From Takakia lepidozioides (lineage: Eukaryota > Plantae > Bryophyta): a DNA stretch of 64,000 bases. The translations under genes were made by a program, and so were the position numbers. The notes beneath the pieces were generated by a model, which saw only the letters and a program-made list of their open reading frames with translations, had not been told where the DNA came from and ran no database searches. The DNA lies in NCBI GenBank assembly GCA_030704615.1, contig CM060731.1:10416001-10480000 (forward strand), read 5' to 3'. Shown here one piece after another: positions 25,901 through 37,411 of this stretch; the first letter of the stretch is position 1; each line of letters starts with the position of its first letter.

Positions 25901-26744
25901 AGTCCATCCAGAATGTGCCAGCAGTGCAACCAAGCCACCTTCGCACTGACTTCTCTGGTGTCAGAGTTCTGGTTACGGACGACAATAGGTATGCATTACC
26001 ATCCACTGTTCTGTTTATTTTCTTCTGTCTAGCACGGGAAAGTGGAAGATCTCTAATCATTATTGGTGTGTGCTAGTGAATCCCCCTATTGCTCCAATTT
26101 AGGGGATCACCATCAAATGGGATGGATTCATAGAGCCAATCCCAAGAAGGGCACATTTACAGTTGGTTGCGTTTTTCAGGTGCAATTTTGGACCAGAGGT
26201 TGTTGGATGATATTATAATAGGATATATGTCGCTTCAATTGCTCCTCGTGGATCTCCCATGAATACCATGAACTATTGTGACAAGGAATGCTAGATTCTA
26301 ACCACTTTTATATCAAGTTGTTGGTTCCTAATGGATATAAGCCTTCTACTAACTTGGCTGTGTGCTGGCAGTGTGAACCGGATGGTGACAAGGGGTTTGC
26401 TGATTCGGCTTGGATGCGATGTGACTGTTGTGAGCTCAGGGCGTGAATGCTTGCAAGTGATCTCACAGCCTAGTCAGATATTTGAAGTGCTTCTGCTGGA
26501 TGTCTGCATGCCTGACATGGATGGGTATGAGGTCGCCATTCGGATTCAAGAGAAGTTCGCACGACATGAACGGCCATTGCTGGTGGCCCTAACTGCTAAC
26601 ACAGACCGAGCAACCAGGGATCGTTGCCTGAGCCTGGGTATGGACGGTGTCATATTAAAGCCCATCTCTTTAGAGAAAATGCGGATGGTTCTGACAGAGC
26701 TGTTGGAGCAGGGCTCGCTGACAGAAACTGCAAGGAGGGGTTGA
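19965..26744 (+). CDS. ETR1: Ethylene receptor, subfamily I (ETR1-like hybrid histidine kinase), 746 aa; exons 19965-20870, 21350-21718, 22155-22421, 25395-25522, 25791-25988, 26372-26744
   Basis: MEACNCID N-terminal Cys pair; [16 protein letters not shown] and IVLCGATHL (Cu/ethylene-binding C and H); GAF domain; H-box [10 protein letters not shown]; N-box [10 protein letters not shown]; G1 DTGLG; G2 [14 protein letters not shown]; receiver [11 protein letters not shown]...LVALTA...KP. All introns are GT..AG and the exons sum to 2241 nt in frame. Confidence 0.96.
22540..25206 (+). mobile_element. Tandem stack of six 5'-truncated LINE copies in ETR intron 3, mostly separated by (CT)n tails
   Basis: The 3' motif GGGGTC(A/G)ATGGCC-NNAA-GGCTA(C/T)GGCAA...ATGAGTACATT(CT)n ends units at ~22540-22662, 22663-22757, 22761-22855, 23337-23479 and 23481-25206. 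Segment 22856-23336 is a decayed copy of ~24632-25154 cut off within that motif. Confidence 0.85.
23513..25192 (+). CDS. Non-LTR retrotransposon reverse transcriptase (RTEX/RTE-like), 5'-truncated but open for ~560 codons
   Basis: [48 protein letters not shown]-terminal CPSC...[10 protein letters not shown] knuckle. The first catalytic Asp reads Gly (GGT), and no endonuclease domain is present. Confidence 0.88.
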   Translation, partial: GRKKEGKPTYVFFLGVKKAYDTVWRDGLWFRLWSCGIKGKMWRVVHNLYAHTKSCVTVNGQKSNFFDIDQGVAQGCTLSPLLFNVFINQLLEDVESEGFGLRVGDTTIPALMFADDFAGVGETPTNLQELIDCAKRYFDLWGLEAIVSKCAVVAFNDRGEGGSDLKWQWGSQEILVLPSYTYLGVEFSSNCNWDAHIRKVVQTGKGKALGLTKFFHCRGVNSEVKKTMLCRVIRPALEYGSAIWVDNSNQAKSLESIQVGVLKECMSACSKTANVAVRGEFGIPSLSSRRDEFKVRWWGQLQHMPNTRYPKLIDSISWKQDRPVKQAKSWQKRVEEILKDLDLDPQVLTLLDKSDLEAVVSKAMSVAMRLSDENEVRQKTSLNLFPVSDMGEDILDDLKGLPTLGTRLKFKLRAGSLPLNSKQKQRGKGECNCPSCGQSEDSIHFLIHCPGFSHQRDALFNSIKGIVPVPLFTNFESLEAEPKAQALLRPSFWANHTLQIDACVKGFLEDIWKTRINSLYEGKSYYQRQPLTEVGSVPFVPAQTGRGVNGHKATANNVL

Positions 26745-27119
26745 GTGATGGTGATCAGACCATCATTGGATTGGTTGCATTTGCTGGTAGTCTGCTGCTG
26801 GTGCAGCAGATTCCCTTTCTATGTAAGTAGGTGACTTTTGGTTGTTCCATTCGACAAAGGAAAGCTTGTCAGGGTGGAGCTAATGTGATATACCGAATTA
26901 ATTGGTGGGCACATTTGTAAGTTTAGGAAAGGACACTTCTGGTTGCAAATGCTGTAGCAAAAATGTGAAGGTTGTGAGCACATGCTGCAATGGGTGCGAC
27001 CATATCAGCGTGTGGTTGACTGTACCCCCACCACCCATGACCGTCATTGCTTGCAGCAACACAAAATGGTGCAGACAGCAGTCCACTCTTCCATGGGCTT
27101 TTGCTGTGAGTAAAGATAG

Positions 27120-28860
27120 GAAAAGAAATGAAATGAGATGAAAGGGTACTTTATAATGTCCGTGGAAAGCTCAAAGAGCTTATAGGACAAAATGGAAAAA
27201 ACAAGATAGGAAACAAAACCAGAGCCTAAAATCCAAAAGCAACTACTGCTCAAGGGATTGTCTAAGGGTCAAGGCCTCGTGCAGGTAAGCTGCCAAGCAT
27301 TTATGATCCTCAAGTGAGAGATTGAGTTCCATGGAATAGACAGGGGAGTCTCCCACAGATCTCACAACATAAGAGGGCAATAATAAATGAAGTGTTCTTC
27401 AGTTTCAATTTCCTGGTTGCACCTGGTGCAAGTGGGGCGTAGCCTGTCCTCCTGTTGCAGGTTTTCATATCTATGATCCGCTGGAACTGGGCGCAGGGTC
27501 AATGGCCACAAAGGTACGGCAAACAACGTTTTATGAGTACATTCTATCCGTAGATTGTGGGAGCCCACCATGAACTGCCCTCAGGAGGGAAGGAGATAAA
27601 GGCGTGGGAAGGTAATTGGGATCACAAGATCCTATCATCATGGAGAACCAAGAATGTCTCTCGATAGAAATGGAGTTTTGTTGTGAGATTGGGTAGCTTC
27701 CAAGTTCTCTTGACATGTAGTTCCATAAGTTCCTTTCTAATGAAGTGGTTGCGATCCTGTTTGGATGTGATTTCCCCCTCTTCTGGATCTTGTGGCAAAA
27801 GCAAATGAATAGAGTCCACGGCACTCAAAATAATTGCACACTCAAACATACTAGGAGTGCTTGAAACCTGCTGTTTTGAGCCTAATAGATGTTGCGAGGG
27901 CTCTTGCCCCGACCCCCTTGGGTGGGAGGGCTTGTAAAATTTTAAGAAAGTTTGAAAGCCGGCCTCGGTTTGAAGTGGCACACGTGCACATAGGGTGTAA
28001 GATGGAATTGTGCCCCTTGTGCGAAGCATTGCTTGGAGAGAAGATGATTGCAATGGTTCTAGATTTTTTTCCCATCGAGATGGGACACAAAGTGCCCAGA
28101 ACTCACAACCATAAGTGGCGGCCGGGGTGACAACGCTATCAAATAACAACTTTTTGGTTGGGTGTTGGTGCAAATGTATATGTTTGCATTTGGCCTAAAG
28201 AGCGGATGGAGGCTTCCTTGCCCTTCGTCAATCTGTCCATGGTAGTTGATGCAAACTCGAATTTGGGAGAGTGGATAACCAGACCCAGGTATTTGTATGA
28301 TTTGACAATCCCAATTTCCTGTTGGTCGAAGACGAAGCTCGGTCTGTCTGGCCATTGACAACCATGATCTTAGTTTTGCTAAGATTGATTTGCAACCCAT
28401 AGTCTTTGGAGAACTCTCCCAGGATGTAAAGATGGCGTCGCAGGAAGATAGGAGATTGTGCCAAGGGGGCAACATCATCAACGTAGAGATGTGATTCATT
28501 GGTCCAACGGCACCCCAACTTCATGGTTTTTTTGAGATGTAACCCTCCAAAGCGTCAATGTAGATCCCGAAAAGTGGAGGTAAGAGGGGACAGCCCTGTT
28601 TGACCCCAATGTTGTTATGCACCTCTGCTGAGAATTCCCCCGCGACGTCGACCATGCCAATGACAATCTCGTACATGGAAAAGATGGCATAAAGGATGTC
28701 CGGAGTGACTCCAACCTATGGAGCCGTTGGAAAAAAAAGGTCTCCAAAGAACCGAATCATAGCCTTTCAAAAGTCTACGAAGCCAACATACACCATTTTT
28801 TGTCATAGCCCATGTAGTGTTCGTAAAAACTGGCTGTTTTGAAAACGTCAAGGCATTTCA
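27120..28860 (-). mobile_element. Degenerate LINE (RT plus C-terminal CCHC-like knuckle) with a (TTTCA)n-like 3' tail
   Basis: Fragments DF*KAYDSV, GVKQGCPLLPPLFGIYID, LYVDDV..INLSKTKIMV, and CTRCNQEIETEEHFIYYCP. Tail AAAGAAATGAAATGAGATGAA at ~27121-27141. Many frameshifts. Confidence 0.8.
27479..27545 (+). mobile_element. Short 3'-end copy of the intron-3 LINE family, inserted into the minus-strand LINE
   Basis: AACTGGGCGCAGGGTCAATGGCCACAAAGGTACGGCAAACAACGTTTTATGAGTACATTCT closely matches ~25141-25200 and interrupts the host LINE reading frame between NLRIE and HRYEN. Confidence 0.8.
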
Positions 28861-29446
28861 GACACCATAGCCTAATGGGAGATGGGGCGCGGTGGTGACG
28901 CCCTGCTCCTCTAGCCCGCCAAACCCTTGGCTGTGGGATGGCCCTCACAAGTAATCGTGGAGGTTTCTGGTGCAATGGGGCGCCGACCATTGGATCTAGG
29001 GCGCAAGGGAACTCACTTCCAAGGCAAAAATGGTTGTTTCCATGTGCTTTTTGGCACCACTTGGCCAGGAACAGACACTGTTTGGTTTTGTTTTGTTTTT
29101 CAGACCCTTGTTTTTTACAAAGGGGTGTTGTAGCCCCCCTTTATTTTGGTGCTTTTAGGCTGAATATCCCCTAAAGAGAGAGAGAAGACTCCAGCCAAGG
29201 TCGGCATACTAAGAGTCACTTCGCCTCGCGGCTACTGCCTCCTTTCGGGGGTGGGCCAATATCCCCTAAAAAGGTAGGGCTGCTGGTAAGCCACTCGTGT
29301 ATCGGCATGTGGGTCTAGGGTTCATTAAACCCTTGTCATCTGTCTCTCTTCCTTTGGGCTAGGGCTCTACCCCTGTAATGCCTCCATAGCTCAGAAAGAG
29401 GTTTATTTTTTCCCTCACTACAAGGCCCAAGCCTTGTGTTTCATTT

Positions 29447-29469
29447 GATATATATATATATATATATAT
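29447..29469. repeat. (AT)n microsatellite
   Basis: ATATATAT run seen directly. Confidence 0.9.
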
Positions 29470-29867
29470 GTATTCTATAGGGGGCGGCAAACTTGGCAAG
29501 TTGAACTTAATGACCCTCAATAGTAGGGTAAGAACGTAAGAGCATGAGCAGCACTCGCTCAGTAAATTGCCGCTCTATCACTATTTTAGTGAGGCATATG
29601 TTAAGGCACACAAGCTAGCATGGGCTCGCAAGAGCCCCAGCAGCAGCAACCCACCATATCCATAGTAGAGTAATGGCGCGAGGTTGAGGTGGCAGATCGC
29701 TGACTGTGGGCCCTGCCACCAAGGCACACCCCCCCCCCCCCCCGGGTGTTGTCCTGGGCACCTTGGAACAGACTCTCAGTCCATTTGACCATAGAGTTGT
29801 TGTCAGGGGCAGCGGATCTTGTGATTGTGCGGGAGAATGTCATATACCAAGCACGTGACAACCAACA

Positions 29868-29930
29868 TGTAGCCCAGTGGTAATGGGCACATACCACGTG
29901 GATGTGGTTGTAGGTTCTAACCACGGTCTG
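29868..29930 (+). mobile_element. Possible tRNA-derived SINE head
   Basis: A-box-like TAGCCCAGTGG and B-box-like GGTTCTAACC at tRNA-like spacing; no complete cloverleaf. Confidence 0.3.
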
Positions 29931-30006
29931 GTGTGTCATGAAGGTGTCCACCTTTCAGCTGGAAGGCAATAGCCCTTGTGGTGAAGAGACATCATAAGTT
30001 ACGCTC

Positions 30007-30112
30007 TGTCGCGCATCTCACTTCGGTAAGCTCCCCTTCAAGTCATAGTTACTCACTTTGATGTACGCGCCTAACTCCCAAACTGGCCACCGGGCCAACT
30101 CGGAGCTTCGGC
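30007..30112. mobile_element. Truncated LTR fragment of the chromovirus family seen at 59544 and 63593
   Basis: TGTCGCGCATCTCACTTCGGTAAGCTCCCCTTCAAGTCATAGTTACTC... is nearly identical to the LTR ends at 59544 and 63593. Confidence 0.8.
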
Positions 30113-32280
30113 GTTGCAGCAAACACTCATGGTCCATAAGAATGAACTCTATGTGGCTAACAAGGCTTGGAAGGAAGCCAATAATTTGGCTGCTGCCTAT
30201 ACGGCCCTGGTTGAACCTCATGCGAAGCGCATGGAGGCTTTACAGCAGTAGATAGATGTGTACAGACTCAAGGAGGAGCAGACTCTCAGGGGTGCCACAC
30301 AAGACATGGTGGATAATCACCTTATGCAAGTGTGGTTAGCACAAGGGCCGGTAGAAGGCAAAGGAAGCTCACCCAGGGAGAGATGAATGATCTCAGATTC
30401 CAGGTGCAGAACATTGCCACAACTACTATAGACATTGTCTATAGTAGGATAACGGAGTTACATGATGATGTGGAAGGCCTGCAGACTCAAGTGGATGACC
30501 CGAGTTCAAATATTGACAAGAGAGTCTTTATTCCCGAGGAGCAGCTGGTGGCTACTTATTTGCATGCCAAGACTTTGATTTTTCAGTCTTCTTCGCAGGA
30601 GGTGCAGGAGTTGCCAGTGGTAGAAGGGCCAGTGGTGGCAATACCACAGCTTCCACAGCAGGTGCCTGTGCAAGTAGCTGACCCCGTTGCTACTGATAAC
30701 GGCTATGCTACAAGGGACAGACAACGAGGGTCACAACGGGACATACCGGGTAGTGATGGACTACACTACCTGAGCCGCAGGCAGAGACGGCTAAATATGC
30801 GGTACTTAGCCAATGGCGAAACAACGTACATTACCACGAGAGCAGTAGTGGGTAGTGTAGTAACTGTGAGCCGTGAACCACGATATCACATGGTCACGTT
30901 AGCATCGGCTTTAACCAATAGAGGGAGTAGTGGACCGTTTACCACTATGGCTCACGACCACTACAACGAGCCACTTTTTAGCAAACCTTTTAGGTTGCGT
31001 AGGCAATTAGGCAAACGGTCATTAACGACCGCAAGCTGTAACGGCTCTTTCAAGCATAGTATAAAAAGACTGCACGCAACTCAGAAGCTAAACAAGATAG
31101 AGCTGAACGAATAGAGAAATATGCTGCAGAAAGGGAGGCTCGGTTAAGTGAAGAGTTCCCAGATTTCTTTAATTTCCTCATTCATTCCCACATCATATGT
31201 AGAATTCCTTTTTAGTACCCTTTAAAACAGTCTTGGTATGTCAGTAAAGAAAATTTATAGTGTCTCTACCCTTTCTTCAAGATTCATCCTATCTTGCAAG
31301 AATCCGTATTAGGACTTAATTTTCCTTTTTACTGATTGATCACCAAACTTTTTAATGGGCACAATAATACCATCTGTCTTTTTCAGTGTATCTGACTTGC
31401 AATAAGTCTTTGGGTATCTAGTACTCCACTGCTTCTATGATCGTGTGACAATATTCATAATTTGAACATCCTTCTCTGAAAATATAACTAGTGTAACAAA
31501 CTTTTCTGATTGAGATTAGAGTAATCAATAGAGCTAGACAAGACAACCACTCTTCACTTCTAATCCTACATTCCCAAGGTGCTCGTGTAATACTGATCAA
31601 TCCTCCCTTCAATCCCCATTTGTCATCTTCTTTCGCGATTGACAGAAAGATTTTCTGTTGTACTGCTCTTGGTAAACCATGAAAATTTTCCAGGAATGTT
31701 TTCCATTCCTTTGCTTCTGTTGACTCGTTCTGTCGTGATTTCAAGAAATCACTGAGTAACCATCCTTCTTTGAGTACTCTCGAACTCAACATACCGTTAG
31801 TCCCCAGTATGGTCGCCAAATGTTAACCACTGGTTCATGACTTAGACAAAACAGGCTATTAACACTACTACCCATTTCTTAAGACATGCAACAGAGGTTG
31901 TCCGACGGTATGCTTTCAGAAACGATTATGAAGTAATCGTTTTAAGGATAGCTAAACCATAAACGTCGGATGAAGCCATATCTCTGCAGGCTGCTTAATC
32001 CTATTGATTAAGCCCAATCTACAGTCTCTTAAGCATAAAAGATCTTAGTCGAAAGGACTGAAGCCTCTTGGTTCATACAAGCAGATGGTAGTCAAGAGAA
32101 AACAAGAACTATTCTGAGATGATACACATTCTCACCATCTCACGTTCTCTCATAATGCACATTCTCTCCATCTCACATTCACTCTACACAGAGATACTTC
32201 GAATAACATGACTTTACTTCAGAGCTCGTCACATCATCATAGAAGTACACAGAATCACTCTGAGTCCCTCTAAATACACA

Positions 32281-35200
32281 TTGATCACTGATACTCAGAA
32301 CTTGAAAATTATTCAAGGTGAGACATCAAACAGTGATAAACCAGAAGATCAGGAAATCGGATCGGTGGGAAGTGGGAACACTACACCAGAAGAAGTTGCC
32401 AGTAATGTACTTGGTGAATGGTTACCACAAGAAAGATCTGAAGGACCTTCTACAGTAACAAGCCCAAATAGAGGTTTTGCTGAAATATTAGAAGAAAGAT
32501 TTGAGAACATTTTGAGTGAAGAAGGTGAAAGAAGTGAAAACACTTCTCCAGAAAGGATAACCAGAACTGCACTCAAAGCTTTTAAAAATTCATTAAGCTT
32601 AGTAGGGGCAGCAGCTGGAAGACGACTATCATTGGGACAAGGACCTCCTAGCTTTGAATCACTGTTTGGAAGACAAACACCAACACCACCACAGCCAGCA
32701 ACAGCGGGACCATCCCAGTTTGGACAACCAGTTGCACCAGCTGCACCGATGGCTTTAGCAGCAAGCAAAACCAGACCACCATTTCCTTTATATGATGGGA
32801 AATCTGATCCAGATATCCATCTTAATCAATTTGAAAACATGTGCACCATTTACAATGAAGCAACAGACCAAGAGAAGGTCCGACTATTTCCTTGTTCAAT
32901 GGTCCCAAAAGGCATTGAATGGTTGGCGACTTTCCCAGCTAGTCACTTTGCGAATTGGGCGGATATGAGAGCCGCGTTTCAAGAAAGATATAGATCCAAC
33001 AAATCCACATCTGAAATTTTCAAAGGATTACAGAACCTAAGACAGAAAAAGAAAGAATTGGTAGTCAACTACCTGGAGAGAATGAAAACTCTGATCAGGA
33101 AACTACCTCAAGCACCAGGGGATGATTTGCAAAAATCATGGTTCATCAATGGACTTCGTCCTGACTATGTAACCATGGTCATAGTCGTGCCTAACAACAC
33201 TTTGGCTGAAGTAGTAGGGACTGCAAAGAAGTTGGAATTGGGATTCCATCAAAGCAGAAGCAAAGATTCCAAGGATCTCTTGGAAGAAGAAGACTCTGAT
33301 GATGAAGAAAAGACCAAGCAAAAGAAGAAAGAAGTGATTGACAAAACCACTTTGGATCAGAAGATAGCAGAGGCTATCAAGAATTTTAAAAATGAAGGGC
33401 CACGAAAGGCAACATGGTGTCACAAATGCGGGACTGTCATACGTGTCTGGTTCTATTTCTCTGTTATTCATTGTAAGTTGAAGGAATCCTGCAGTCCATA
33501 CTATGTTAACACCAGAGGTTTACACGATTAAACCCACAACTATACGACAAACTCCAGATTACGACGAAGCAGCGTAATACAAGTACATATTGGCCGGAAG
33601 ATGGTAACGAATGTACTCATCGATGGAGGATCAGGAGTGAATATCATGACAGAAAAGATGAAAAGTCATTAGGATTGGGGCATATGGAACCTGCTCCATT
33701 CACGGTACGAATGGCTGATCAACGAAAAGTGCAACCATTGGGAATCATCAGACGACTTGCAATGGAAGTAGCAGGACTGGTATACGAAATATCAGTAACC
33801 ATTCTCAAAATGGAGGATGTGGCAGAAAGATATTCACTACTACTTGGCCGACCATGGTTAACACAAGCCCAATCACACCACGATTGGGGAAATCAGACTC
33901 TCACAATAAAAAAGGGAGCAGAACAAGTCACCATCACGACGAAGCAACGAGGTACCATTCCACGAGAGAAACGACCTTGCATAGTGGAAGAATATGATTG
34001 GTCCAGTGGACTGTCGGATGAAGAAGAAGCCACAGTATACGTAGCACATCCACAGTTGGAACCTATTGGACAACTGGTGGTCAAGCATACCACAACAGTA
34101 GGATGTCACATGGTGAACACCCAAGGAGAACCAAATACTTCGAGAAATGAAGATCCAGAGGAAGAAGCGATGGACACACCTCAACACCCGGCCCGGTTCT
34201 ATCAAGAAAGGGAAAGAAGACATTCAAATCAGTGAAGTACCTGCCACAATTGCAACCATCGGACAAGAGATTGCAGGATGGACAGTAACGGAAGAAACTC
34301 AATTGATTCAAGTGAATCTGGGAACAGCGGAAGAACCAGATAATACGAGTAAGTGCAGGTCTCGAAGAATCATTTCTACAAGAAGCCACTACATTATTCA
34401 CTGAATGCAAAGATGTATTTGCCTGGAACTACAAGGATTTGAAGGGGATACCTTCTAGCATCTGTCAGCACCGAATTGAATTGGAAGTTGACACAAAACC
34501 AATTCGTCAGCACCGTTACAAAATGAACCCCAACTATGCAGCTAAAGTTTGGGAAGAAATCAAGAAGTTACTGGATGCAGGATTCATATACCCAGTAGAG
34601 ACACACAATGGTTATCGCCCATTGTGATAGTACCCAAGAAAAATGGAAAACTACGAGTGTGTGTGGACTACCGCAAGTTAAACGCAAGAACCAAGAAATA
34701 TCCTTTTCCACTACCTTTCACTGAAACACTGTTGGACACAGTGGCTGGACATGAGATGTACTCATTCATGGATGGGTTTAGTGGATACAACCAGGTATAG
34801 ATAGCAGAAGAAGACCAAGAAAAGACCGCATTCATCACTGAATGGGGAGCATATGCTTACAAAGTCATGCCATTTGGACTTTGCAATGCACCAGCCACAT
34901 TTCAACGAGCAGTATCTGAGATATTCAAGAACTATCTCAATGATTTTATGCAGGTATTTTTGGATGATTTCAGTGTCTTTGGACAGAAATCCAAACATTT
35001 GACACAGTTAAAACTTTGCCTACAAGCCTGCAGAAACAATGGAGTAAGTCTCAACCCGGAAAAATGTACATTCTGTGTGAATTCAGGATTATTATTGGGA
35101 CACATTGTGTGCCAACAGGGAATTCTGGTAGATCCAAAGAAAATGGAGGTTATCCAGAAAATTCCACCACCAGAAAATCCCAAGAAACTCAAGAGATTTC

Positions 35201-36135
35201 TGGGACAAATGAGCTATTACAGAAGGTACATGGACAAATATGATCACAGAGCGGCACCAGTCTATAGACTGCTGAAGCATGATACCGAATATCGATGGTC
35301 TCCAGCTGATGTTCAACCAGAAGCACCAGATGAAGAGACAAATCCTATAAATGCTCTGGGAATGTTTCAAGGAGACTATGACCTTCCAGATGCTCTCAAA
35401 CTCATGGACGACACGGATGAAGAAAAAGATTCATCCGATGAAGATGAACCTCTTGATGAAGGACTTATTATTGAAGAAGAACCAGATCCACAAGAAGAAG
35501 ATGACAAGGAAAACGAAGAAACAAACAATCAAGAATTGGCCAATATCAGTATTGGAGCTTATACAGTCACCAAAGAAGAATCTAAAGATATTCCGGATCA
35601 AGATCAAAATGATTGGCAATGGCCAATCAAATACTATCTGAACACAGGGAAATTTCCTGAAGGTTACACCAAAGATGATAGGAGGAAGCTTTCAATGAAA
35701 AGCAAGCCATACACATTAATCAAAGGGATTATGTACAAAAGAGGAATTGACTCCATAATGAGAAGATGTGTAAACAAAGACCAAGCCAAAACAGTAATGC
35801 AAGAACTACACGAAGGAATTGCAGGTAGACACTTCAGTTCGGACCTGACAGCAAAGAAAATATTACTAACAGGCTACTGGTGGCCTACTATATTTGGAGA
35901 TACTTATGAACACTGTCAACAGTGTGATGTCTGCCAGATGATGGGACCAGTAGAACGAACGGGGAAGGGGACTCTGCACCCAATACTACCAACAAAACCA
36001 TTTCAGCGCTGGGGGCTAGACTTTGTGGGACCCATTAAACCTCCAGCAAGGTACACACAAAACCAAACATCCTCACAGCCACTGACTACACTATCACAGC
36101 CACTGACTACACTATCAAATGGGTAGAGGCCAAGG
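32281..36135 (+). mobile_element. Degenerate Ty3/Gypsy gag-pol (gag, protease, RT, integrase N-part; RNase H apparently deleted)
   Basis: Gag YDGKSDPDIHLNQFE..WFINGLRP; protease VLIDGGSGVNIM (~33613); RT KKNGKLRVCVDYRKLN, MPFGLCNAPATFQR, VFLDDFSVF; integrase HEG..HFS..YWWP..CDVCQ, WGLDFVGP. Truncated after KWVEAK. Confidence 0.9.
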
Positions 36136-37254
36136 GGTCAGACCTCAATCTCCCCTTGTTGTTCTCTAGGCTCCAGCTGAGAGGGATATCCTTGGCGATA
36201 TATTGTTGAGGGTAGGCGAGGCTTGTACTTTGCAATATCCTGAACATGCATTGTAATCGGGTTTTGTTGTTTTGGGTATTGTTGTGGGTTTGCTGTGGCG
36301 CAGGAGGTACGGTTGGTCTGTGTGGAGAATGGGACTTCTCTATTATAGCTACCAGGGTCCCAGCAGTCCGGTGCTGGTAGAGTCTGTAAGAGCCAAAAGT
36401 TTGCAGTTTGTGTGGAGCTTGTGTCCCTTCTACTATAGCCACATGGGTCCCATCAGTCATGTGCTGGTTGAGTTCGCATGCTCCAGGAGTTTGTGGTAAG
36501 TTCAGGTAGAACCATGTCTTTGCCTTCGCAGCTCGGCGGATAAGGACCATATATGCTGGTCAGTCTGGTTATTTGGGGATTTCCATTTTTGCAGATGTGT
36601 GGCTTCACTAGAAGCATTCGTGTCATTTACCACTGGGGTAACGACTTATTTTGAGTCGTAAAAGTAAAAAAAACTGAGATCAACTGGAAGTTACAAATGA
36701 CTAGTTACAACAGACATGGTAGTTGGGTTGGACATCCAATGATTGGAGTGGTAAAGGACACAGACGCGCGAACAACTGCTCAGCAATTAATGCGATTAAT
36801 TCTGAAGAACCACGTGGCGTCGGAAACAGGCAGGCGCCCGTGTGTCTGACCTTTGGGCTGACTTTGATTTTCCCTCCGGATGAGTGGACCGATCACCGGA
36901 GCGAGTCGGTGACACATGGACGCGGACGTGGAGACGACGATGTGGACGCCGACGTGGCGGCGCCACGCGAGCGAGGAGTATTGCTGCCACGTGGCCACGG
37001 GCCCGGGGCGCCACGTGGTAGTAGACCACATAACTTGTAGTGCTACGCCCAGTGGCAATTGCGACTGCGGAAGTTGCAACCACTGCTTTACTACTTTAAA
37101 TGAAGTGCTCGAAATTACTTGAACAATCATTCATAGTGATTCATGCTTTGAAGTTTTGGTGTTTGTAGTGAGTCGACTAGTACATACACATGTAATGCCA
37201 TACAAGAGAACTAATCATGCATTAGAAATGCACAAACGATGAAAGACATGCCAT

Positions 37255-37411
37255 GAAACAAAATGAAATGAAAATGAATGAAATGAAAATGAATGAAATG
37301 AAACAAAATGGTACTTTATTACATCTGCGGAAAGCTCAAAGAGCTTATGGGACATCTGACAAAATGAAAAAAACAAAGTAAAAAAGCAGCCCAAAAGCTG
37401 CTCGAGGTTTA
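37255..37411 (-). mobile_element. 3' tail fragment of the same LINE family as 27120-28860
   Basis: (GAAAT)n-like run followed by GGTACTTTAT..GGAAAGCTCAAAGAGCTTAT, matching ~27125-27190. Confidence 0.75.

Noticed and set aside
29868-29930. Functional tRNA gene
   Set aside because: Only A/B-box-like motifs are present; acceptor and anticodon stems do not form.
30120-32280. Defined LTR, PBS and ORF structure (ORFs 30332-31114 and 31418-31819; PBS-like TTTGGCGACC on the minus strand at ~31810)
   Set aside because: Probably retroelement-derived, but no paired LTR or recognisable domain lets me assign boundaries or orientation.
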